Shown here piece by piece: positions 8,134-15,766 of a DNA stretch of 20,000 bases. This DNA is from an uncultured virus (IMG/VR IMGVR_UViG_3300044634_001040). Lineage: Duplodnaviria; Heunggongvirae; Uroviricota; Caudoviricetes. Every line of letters begins with the position of its first letter. The stretch's first letter is position 1. The stretch lies in the IMG/VR virus record IMGVR_UViG_3300044634_001040; one strand, given 5' to 3'. The notes below the pieces were generated by a model. The model made no database searches. It saw only the letters and a program-made list of their open reading frames with translations, and was not told the DNA's origin. The position numbers and the translations under genes are program-made.

Positions 8134-8880
8134 ATGAAGATAGTACTTGTAACCGGCGGTTTTGATCCAATTCACAGCGGTCACATCGCATATTTTAACG
8201 AAGCAAAAGAGCTCGGCGATATTCTAATAGTTGGAGTCAATAGTGACGAATGGTTAACTCGTAAAAAGGGCCAGCCATTCATGAGTCTATCAGAAAGAGT
8301 TGCAATCGTTGAGAGCCTTCATATGGTCGATAGTGTCATGATCTTTGACGATAGTGATGGCGGGGCATCAGAAGCAATTAAGTTGTGCCTAGGAAAGTTT
8401 CCTAATGATGAAATCATCTTTGCAAATGGCGGGGATAGAACGAATATTAATATTCCGGAAATGAGTATTAAGGATGAAAGACTATCATTTGTATTTGGCG
8501 TCGGTGGAACTCATAAGATGAATTCGAGTAGCAAGATCCTCACTGAGTGGAAGACTCCAAAGACTGAAAGAAAGTGGGGATACTATCGTGTTCTTCACTC
8601 AGACGGTCCTTCTACGAAGGTAAAGGAGCTCGTCGTCGAACCAGGTAAGTCACTGAGTCTTCAGAGACATAAGTATCGAAGCGAACTTTGGTACGTGACG
8701 AATGGTACAGGTGCAATCCTACACAATGGAATAAGAAAACCTTTGAAGAAAGGTGACTTCGTCACCATTGTCGTAACCGACTGGCATCAACTCATTAACG
8801 ACTCGTCTGAAGAACTCAAGATTGTTGAGATCCAGTATGGAGAGAACTGCTATGAAGAAGATATCGAACGCATCGAGTGA
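8134..8880 (+). CDS. Cytidylyltransferase-like (HxGH) nucleotidyltransferase fused to a type II mannose-6-phosphate isomerase-like cupin
   Basis: TGGFDPIHSGH, VGVNSDEWL.RKKG, ANGGDR and SSS form a RfaE/TagD-like domain. RKWGYY...KVKELVVEPGKSLSLQRH..RSELW...H.L.N...IVEIQYG...EEDIER matches the ManC C-terminal cupin. Confidence 0.85.
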   Translation: MKIVLVTGGFDPIHSGHIAYFNEAKELGDILIVGVNSDEWLTRKKGQPFMSLSERVAIVESLHMVDSVMIFDDSDGGASEAIKLCLGKFPNDEIIFANGGDRTNINIPEMSIKDERLSFVFGVGGTHKMNSSSKILTEWKTPKTERKWGYYRVLHSDGPSTKVKELVVEPGKSLSLQRHKYRSELWYVTNGTGAILHNGIRKPLKKGDFVTIVVTDWHQLINDSSEELKIVEIQYGENCYEEDIERIE

Positions 8881-8967
8881 GTATATACTACCGGCCTGAT
8901 AGATATTAAATCTAATTATATCAGTAATTTCACATATGTCAATAGAAAAATGCGGTTCGTCTTCTTT

Positions 8968-8975
8968 TATAAATA
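8968..8975 (+). promoter_or_regulatory. T4-type late (gp55) promoter TATAAATA
   Basis: Perfect consensus, intergenic, 37 nt upstream of ATG9013; AGGA SD at 9001. Confidence 0.8.
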
Positions 8976-9012
8976 GAAGAAACAATCTTATCATTAAGCT
9001 AGGAAGCAATAA

Positions 9013-12000
9013 ATGGCTAAAGTACTTATCCCATCTTATACGTTTACACCATCAACGGATACAATTGTCATTGATGGAATATATCGTTTAGAGAGATTCC
9101 TGCTTATCACGAATGTTACGGATAATCAAATCATTTTTTCGTTCGCTGATTCAGCAAAGGGAATAAGTAACTACACCATTAACACGACTGCAGAAACCAC
9201 AACTCTCGTCTTAACATACGACTGCAGTGCTATGAGTGCATCTGATAAGCTTCAGATCTTCGTTGAAAAAGACAATCAATCATTTGAGCCTAGTGAAACG
9301 TTTGTTGATCCTGTTTCAAAATTAAGAATAAGTCAACCAGAAAACCTAATCGATACTGACTTCGAATACGGTCTTCAGTCAACTAAATGGGAGACTCTTG
9401 AACTCGTTAAGAATATTCCTACTTTCTATTCAAGAACTGGTGACACTTCTTTTAGTATTACTTCTATGTCTACAATTAATGGAAGCGATCTTGTCACTGT
9501 TGAACTTGGAGAAGTTCACAACTTTATTAGCGGAAGCCCAGTGATCGTTTCTGGTTCTAGAAGTATTTCTTGCGATGGCGGATTTGTTGTAACTAATATT
9601 ATAAGTACAACTTCGTTCCAATACAAATCAAAGTCAATACAAAACTTTACAGGAAGTATACTTGATACATTCACTCAGATCTTTGCTGGATCACTTTATC
9701 AAGGAACCGAATTTGATATTTCTGGAATTTCCGCAATCACAACGAGCGGATCTGGAAATACTGCCCTAACTGTTACGACGGCATACCCGACAAATTTTAC
9801 ACCTGGAACCAGCTTCTTTTTAACAAACAGTAAAGGTGTTGTAGACTTAGACATTGATGCGTCTCTAGTAGAAGCAAATAATTTTGTTACTAGCACGGTA
9901 ACAAGCACAAACAATACTGCAACTGGAGAAACAGGTTCGTTTGCTCTTGGTGCAGTTCAGCCATATAACTACAGTGGAGACTCATCAAAAGGTTCACCTG
10001 TACTATACTTTAGAAATTCGGCAGTCACAATTGATGCTGGAGCTGGAGTTGAGACGATTACGTTTCCAACTGCTCATGGATTGTCGGATAACTTTCCATA
10101 CGTGTATGTAGCTGGTGAAGGAAATACCGTAATCGGCGGTCTTACTACCTTTAACTGGTACTACGTAAGAGTGGTAAATCCTACAACTATATATCTTACC
10201 ACTACAAGCGGAAGCACAACAAGAGTAAACTTGTCAGGAGCAGGAACTGACGGTGGAGTTATGAGAAGCGCTTTCATAAGAGGCACAAGAGTTAGTGGCG
10301 TGGCCACTGCAACAGAAATTGTTACGTTCGTTGAACCGCACAATCTTACTAACTCTGATAATAACGTTCCACTTTTATTCTTTGGCCCAGGTGGAGCAGG
10401 CAACGTTTCCGTATCAACCGACCTTCTATCTTCTTACACTCCATATTATGTTTCGGTTGTCAGTGGTGCAACAACAATGACGATTAGAACTACACCTACG
10501 GGCGCAACTCTAAATATGACAACGACCACGAATGGTGCTGTGATGATTGCTGCGTCACTTCTTCCAGATTTTGATACGATATGGTTTTCAAATCACGGTT
10601 TTGAAACCGGAGACATAGCAACATATACTGTTCAATCTGGCACTGCCATCGGCGGTATTACATCTTCTACGGCTTACAGAATTGAAAAAGTTAATGTCAA
10701 CAGAGTTAGATTTACGTCAGTTTCAAACGGCGCACAAATTAACCTTACTTCGTTTGGAAGCGCAGCTGGCCAGTATCGCATATCTGGAAATTATTCTATT
10801 TTAAACAATGATAGTATATTTGCTCCTAGTAATACACTTATAGACGGTTCTTCAGTATTGTACAACAATAATGGAAATTCTAATATCAGTGGTCTTACTA
10901 GTGGTGACTTTTACTATGTTTTTCAAAAATCACAGAACAATTTTAAACTTGCGACCACTACTGCTGGATTTAAGACCGTTGAGCGAACATTTACACAATC
11001 CTCTGCTGTTAACGTTTCGACTGACGTGATCACTACGGCTGTTGCTCACGGTTTTACAAACGGCGACGCCGTACAATACTTAAGCTCAACGCCGATATCT
11101 GGCCTTAGAAGCGGCGCATGGTATTGGGCAAGAATTGGGACTACAACAACGCTTACTCTTCACTGGACAAAAGCCGGCGCAAATGCAAATACAGATCGTG
11201 TTGATATAGGCGGCCCTCTTAGTGGATCAGGATCTTTGCGCGCAGCAGACTTGGTGGATATAGCGGCCTCCGGTACAGCCACACATACCTTCTCGGCTAC
11301 GACGCCCGGTGCAGCAGATGGGGTGTATACGTTAGTGGATAATATAACTTCTAACACGTTTACGGTGTCTACAGCTAACGTTAGCGTGCCTTTGAGAATT
11401 ATTAGTATAAATCCTAATCTGTTTTTAGATTTAAGTAAGAGTGCTTTCTATTCGTTAACACACGGACTCAGAACCGGCACTGCCGTAGAATATAACACAA
11501 CTGGAACTGCAATAGGCGGTCTTACAGATTCTACTACTTATTATGTGATAAGAGTGAGTAAAAACTGGTTTAGACTGGCGTCTTCTGAGCAAAATGCGAT
11601 TGATGGTGTGTCAATTACTTTAACTTCGAAAGGTACCGGTACAGATCACACCATAACAACTTCTACAGTATCCGGTGAAGTGCTAGGACCTGGAACAGTA
11701 ACTATTACTGCTGGCGAGACTACAATCACTGGAACGGACACAAACTTTCCTTCATTGTTTACTCGAGGAAACGAGTTCTTTGTTTATGAAAGCCAAACTA
11801 TAGGAGCGAACGTAACAGTAAGCAGTATAAACACAACTACAGACGTTATTACAACCTCTGCTTCACATGGATATATTACAGAAGATGCAGTATTTGTGTC
11901 ATCTGATTCGACGCCGGGTGGAATAACAGAAGATGGGATTTATTACGTAAATGTCTTAAGTAGCACAACTCTTCAACTACACCCAACTCCAGCCACAGCG

Positions 12001-14169
12001 ACCGCAAACACAAATAAAATCGATATAACATCAAGCGGAACTAGTGTTATACTAAATGAAATTATAGGTATTGGTGCGACGTACAACGCAACTATAGAAA
12101 GCATAAACAGTACAACTGAAATTATTGCACGAGAGAGTGTCGCAAACACCACTCTTACGAGCTCTGAGTATGCTGTTGGTACATCTCTCTTGCTTCGTGC
12201 AGATGGCTTCGCTCTTCATAGACCATACGATGGCGGAGTTGAACTTATTCCGAGCACAAATCCAGACAGTACTATGATACGCCAGACACGTAAATATTTC
12301 CGTTATCAGTCTGGTAAGGGTATTCAAGTTAGCTTTGCTGTTAACTTTAGTCCAACCACTACTATTGACTCGATGGTGTATGACACTGGAAACACGGCAA
12401 TAATAACGACTCGTTTTCCAAGTAGAGTGACAGAAGATTTGAGTATAACAGTAAGTGGAGCTACAGTTACTGCCGGACAAAATTATTGGAATGGGTCCTT
12501 TACGGTGGATAGCATCATAGACCCATATTCGTTTAGAGTCAACATCGGCGGCCAACCTGCCGATACTTTTGCGCTTGGTATTCCTGAGTACTATGTCAAC
12601 ACGTGGTCTAACAGTCTTCTAAAATGCGGCCTCTTTGATGATCAAAACGGACTATATTTTGAATATGACGGTTCGGAACTATATTGCTGTCGAAGAAGCA
12701 GTACCCTTCAGATAAGCGGTACTGTATCTGTTCAGTTTAAGCAGGGTAACGTTGTTGGAACAAACACGAAGTTTCTTTCTCAATTAAACGCAGGCGGTCG
12801 AATAGTCATCAAAGGCCAAACTTATGTCATATCAGAGATAGCAAGTAACACTCTTCTTTACATACTTCCTAGTTATAGAGGAACGGATGCTACGAATGTA
12901 ATCATTACAAAAACGATTGACACTAAAATACCACAGTCTCAGTGGAATATTGACACCTGCGATGGAACCGGCTCGACTGGTTTCTATCTTAATACTAATA
13001 AGATACAGATGGCCTATATGGATTACAGCTGGTATGGTGCCGGTAAAGTGAGATTTGGTTTTAAAGATCAAAAAGGTAAAGTCGTATACGTTCATGAATT
13101 TATACACAATAATAAACAAAACGAAGCTTATATGAGATCTGGTAATATACCAGGAAGATATGAGATTGAGAACGTTGGAGCTCCAACATATGTTCCGGCG
13201 CTAGCTCACTGGGGTACTTCTGTGATCATGGATGGAAGATATGACAACGACCGTGCATACGTGTTTGCTGCAAGCTCGAATACACTAAGTATTTCAGGAA
13301 CCGCGAGTATCGTAGCTAACGGTGCAATTGCAAATACTTCATTATACTATGTTCTATCACAAGGCCAATTTAGAACAGCAAACTATGCTATTGAAGTTGT
13401 GACTCCAAGCACAGCATTAAACGCGATTCCTGCTGGCGTGTCTATAACTGGTAACGGAATTACTGGAAGACTAACCGCAAACCCACTGGACACTAGAACT
13501 ACTCCATTCCAAGCGTACCTTCCAAGCGTTTCTTCAAGAATACAATTTCCAGGAAACGTCGCTTCTACTGCTACAAGAAACCTTATTCTATTGAACGGTC
13601 CTCCAACAGCAACTGCAGCAGCGAACAACTACACTGTAACTCTTTCTGCTGCAACTACTTCCGTTGTGTACGAACAACCTCTTATTAGCATTCGTCTAGC
13701 TCCTAGCGTTGACAACGGAACGCCAGGAAATCTTGGAGAAAGAGAGATCATAAATCGTATGCAACTGATCTTAGATAGCGTTGGTATTCTGACGACTCAC
13801 AGCTGCGAGGTTCTTCTGAAATTGAACGGCAAGTTGAATAACTATGACTGGAAGAGAGTTGCGAACCCGAGCTTGAGTCAACTTATCTATCACGATTCGT
13901 CGGATAGAATCACCGAAGGAACTACGGTGTATACGTTCAGAGCGCAGGGTACATCGGGCACAACCGCTCGTTCACAAAACAATATCATAGTTTCTCTCGA
14001 TGAAATCGCGACACTTGGAAACTCTATCCTCGGTGGAGACGGAACATTCCCAGATGGCCCAGATGTTCTAACTCTTGTTGTTAAGCTTTTAGAAGATCCT
14101 AGTAATGTTACCGCAGCAAATCCATTCGTGGTTGCTGGTAGAATAGGTTGGTCTGAATCTCAAGCTTAA
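9013..14169 (+). CDS. Large virion structural protein (1718 aa) with repeated small beta domains
   Basis: Thr/Ser/Gly-rich. It has the N-terminal YTFTP...LLITNVT.N.II..FAD...MS..DKLQIFVE module, DPVSKLRISQPENLIDTDFEYGLQSTKWE, RQTRKYFRYQSGKG and YSWYGAG motifs seen in T4-like (cyanophage-type) structural proteins. There are about 7 HG(F/L)..G..V.Y...I.GL....YYV repeats. It lies downstream of a late promoter and upstream of gp13. Confidence 0.75.
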   Translation: MAKVLIPSYTFTPSTDTIVIDGIYRLERFLLITNVTDNQIIFSFADSAKGISNYTINTTAETTTLVLTYDCSAMSASDKLQIFVEKDNQSFEPSETFVDPVSKLRISQPENLIDTDFEYGLQSTKWETLELVKNIPTFYSRTGDTSFSITSMSTINGSDLVTVELGEVHNFISGSPVIVSGSRSISCDGGFVVTNIISTTSFQYKSKSIQNFTGSILDTFTQIFAGSLYQGTEFDISGISAITTSGSGNTALTVTTAYPTNFTPGTSFFLTNSKGVVDLDIDASLVEANNFVTSTVTSTNNTATGETGSFALGAVQPYNYSGDSSKGSPVLYFRNSAVTIDAGAGVETITFPTAHGLSDNFPYVYVAGEGNTVIGGLTTFNWYYVRVVNPTTIYLTTTSGSTTRVNLSGAGTDGGVMRSAFIRGTRVSGVATATEIVTFVEPHNLTNSDNNVPLLFFGPGGAGNVSVSTDLLSSYTPYYVSVVSGATTMTIRTTPTGATLNMTTTTNGAVMIAASLLPDFDTIWFSNHGFETGDIATYTVQSGTAIGGITSSTAYRIEKVNVNRVRFTSVSNGAQINLTSFGSAAGQYRISGNYSILNNDSIFAPSNTLIDGSSVLYNNNGNSNISGLTSGDFYYVFQKSQNNFKLATTTAGFKTVERTFTQSSAVNVSTDVITTAVAHGFTNGDAVQYLSSTPISGLRSGAWYWARIGTTTTLTLHWTKAGANANTDRVDIGGPLSGSGSLRAADLVDIAASGTATHTFSATTPGAADGVYTLVDNITSNTFTVSTANVSVPLRIISINPNLFLDLSKSAFYSLTHGLRTGTAVEYNTTGTAIGGLTDSTTYYVIRVSKNWFRLASSEQNAIDGVSITLTSKGTGTDHTITTSTVSGEVLGPGTVTITAGETTITGTDTNFPSLFTRGNEFFVYESQTIGANVTVSSINTTTDVITTSASHGYITEDAVFVSSDSTPGGITEDGIYYVNVLSSTTLQLHPTPATATANTNKIDITSSGTSVILNEIIGIGATYNATIESINSTTEIIARESVANTTLTSSEYAVGTSLLLRADGFALHRPYDGGVELIPSTNPDSTMIRQTRKYFRYQSGKGIQVSFAVNFSPTTTIDSMVYDTGNTAIITTRFPSRVTEDLSITVSGATVTAGQNYWNGSFTVDSIIDPYSFRVNIGGQPADTFALGIPEYYVNTWSNSLLKCGLFDDQNGLYFEYDGSELYCCRRSSTLQISGTVSVQFKQGNVVGTNTKFLSQLNAGGRIVIKGQTYVISEIASNTLLYILPSYRGTDATNVIITKTIDTKIPQSQWNIDTCDGTGSTGFYLNTNKIQMAYMDYSWYGAGKVRFGFKDQKGKVVYVHEFIHNNKQNEAYMRSGNIPGRYEIENVGAPTYVPALAHWGTSVIMDGRYDNDRAYVFAASSNTLSISGTASIVANGAIANTSLYYVLSQGQFRTANYAIEVVTPSTALNAIPAGVSITGNGITGRLTANPLDTRTTPFQAYLPSVSSRIQFPGNVASTATRNLILLNGPPTATAAANNYTVTLSAATTSVVYEQPLISIRLAPSVDNGTPGNLGEREIINRMQLILDSVGILTTHSCEVLLKLNGKLNNYDWKRVANPSLSQLIYHDSSDRITEGTTVYTFRAQGTSGTTARSQNNIIVSLDEIATLGNSILGGDGTFPDGPDVLTLVVKLLEDPSNVTAANPFVVAGRIGWSESQA

Positions 14170-14197
14170 TTACAAAGTGGATCTATTGCATTTTGAT

Positions 14198-14232
14198 AAA
14201 GTAAGGCTGTCGAATAGATCGCCTTACTTTTT
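14198..14232 (+). terminator. Putative intrinsic terminator / alternative hairpin after the 1718-aa gene
   Basis: AAAGTAAGGC (14198-14207) pairs perfectly with GCCTTACTTT (14221-14230), with a 13-nt loop, ending in a T run (14228-14232). Confidence 0.5.
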
Positions 14233-14239
14233 ATAAATA
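14232..14239 (+). promoter_or_regulatory. T4-type late (gp55) promoter TATAAATA for gp13
   Basis: Perfect consensus 24 nt upstream of ATG14264; SD AGGTGATC at 14252-14259. Confidence 0.82.
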
Positions 14240-14263
14240 GATCAAAAAGTAAGGTGATCAAAC

Positions 14264-15007
14264 ATGGCACGTCCTTCAACAAGAAGCGAATTCAAAGATT
14301 ATGTTCTTAGAAAGATCGGTGCACCAGTCATTCAGATCAACGTTTCTGACGAACAGATAGAAGATCGTATTGACGAGGCAATAGCATTCTGGAGAGACTA
14401 TCACTACGATGGTAGCCAGATGATATATCTTAAACACGCGCTAACTCAAGAAGAGATAGATCAGGGATATGTAGAAGTACCTGAGAGCATGCTTGGCATT
14501 ACTCGTATCTTTGATCTTAGTTCATCGATCTCGACCGGAACTGGCTTCTTCAACGTTCAGTATCAGTTCGTTTTGAATAATCTCGAAGACATAACCGGTT
14601 ATAACATTCAGCATTACTACATGGCTCTATCGCACCTACAATTTCTTCAGGAAATTCTCGTGGGTAAACCTCTTATAAGATATAACCGCCACATAAATCG
14701 TTTGTATCTCGATGTAAATAAGAACATCTTAAATCCTGGGTCGTTTATCATTATAGAAGGATACGACATTATTGATGGCAACACATATTCCGATGTATGG
14801 AGCGATCGCTTTCTTCAGAACTATGCGTCTATCCTAATACGTGAGCAGTGGGGTGTAAACCTAACAAAGTTCACAAACATGCAGCTTATCGGTGGTGTTC
14901 AGTTCAACGGTGAACAGATCCTATCGGAAGCAAAGGCAGACCGCAAAGAGATGGAAGAAAACGCGAAGACTTCACTTCAACCACTCGTTTACAATTTCGT
15001 TGGATGA
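14264..15007 (+). CDS. gp13: Neck protein (T4 gp13-like)
   Basis: MARPSTRSEFKDYVLRKIGAPVIQINVSDEQIEDRIDEAIAFWRDYHYDG; QWGVNLTKF..MQLIGGVQFNG; synteny with 14-15-16-17. Confidence 0.93.
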   Translation: MARPSTRSEFKDYVLRKIGAPVIQINVSDEQIEDRIDEAIAFWRDYHYDGSQMIYLKHALTQEEIDQGYVEVPESMLGITRIFDLSSSISTGTGFFNVQYQFVLNNLEDITGYNIQHYYMALSHLQFLQEILVGKPLIRYNRHINRLYLDVNKNILNPGSFIIIEGYDIIDGNTYSDVWSDRFLQNYASILIREQWGVNLTKFTNMQLIGGVQFNGEQILSEAKADRKEMEENAKTSLQPLVYNFVG

Positions 15008-15010
15008 TAA

Positions 15011-15757
15011 ATGGCGACTAACGTCTTTTTTCAAAACTATGGATACTTCAATGAGCAACAACTCATTGACGACTTGGTCATTGAAGCAATTCAGATCTAT
15101 GGCGTTGATACTTACTACTTAACTAGAAAGTTAGAAGCAACGGATCACATACTTAACGAAGACGATCTGTCTATCTTTAATGCTGCTTACTCGATGGAAG
15201 TTTATGTAAAGAGTGTTGACGGGTTCCAAGGTGAAGGCGACTTTCTTAGTAAGTTTGGTCTTCAGATACGTGATCAAGTTACTTTCACAGTTGCTATGAG
15301 AACGTTTGAAAGATATGCGACAAGACTGAACACTACATTAATACGTCCTAAAGAAGGCGACCTAGTCTACCTGCCGTTGAACGATAAGTTCTTTAAGATA
15401 ATGTTTGTTGAACACGAGAGTGTATTCTATCAGAGTGGATCACTGCAAGTTTTTGATCTTAAGTGTGAACTATTCGAATACTCGAACGAAATGTTCAATA
15501 CCGGAATCCAAGAGATAGACACTTACTTCGATAGCATAAATACAGAAGATCCGCATGTATATTCTCTTGATAAACTTCTAAGCAAGGATCCGATAGCTAA
15601 GAACATATTCTTTGAAGAAGAAGGTGAAGATATCATCGACTTTACAGAGATAGATCCGTTTAGTGAGATTATTACTAGACCAACGAATTATTCAATCACC
15701 GCCGACAGTAACAATATAACTGCTGACACTACTGAGATCACAGCAGACACCGTATAA
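15011..15757 (+). CDS. gp14: Neck protein / head closure (T4 gp14-like) with a C-terminal ITAD triple repeat
   Basis: EQQLIDDLVIEAIQIYGVDTYYL.R, GFQGEGDFLSKFGLQIRDQVTF, RPKEGDL, FVEHE..FYQ.G, CELFEYSNE, DFTEIDPF. Confidence 0.93.
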   Translation: MATNVFFQNYGYFNEQQLIDDLVIEAIQIYGVDTYYLTRKLEATDHILNEDDLSIFNAAYSMEVYVKSVDGFQGEGDFLSKFGLQIRDQVTFTVAMRTFERYATRLNTTLIRPKEGDLVYLPLNDKFFKIMFVEHESVFYQSGSLQVFDLKCELFEYSNEMFNTGIQEIDTYFDSINTEDPHVYSLDKLLSKDPIAKNIFFEEEGEDIIDFTEIDPFSEIITRPTNYSITADSNNITADTTEITADTV

Positions 15758-15766
15758 GAGGAAGAC

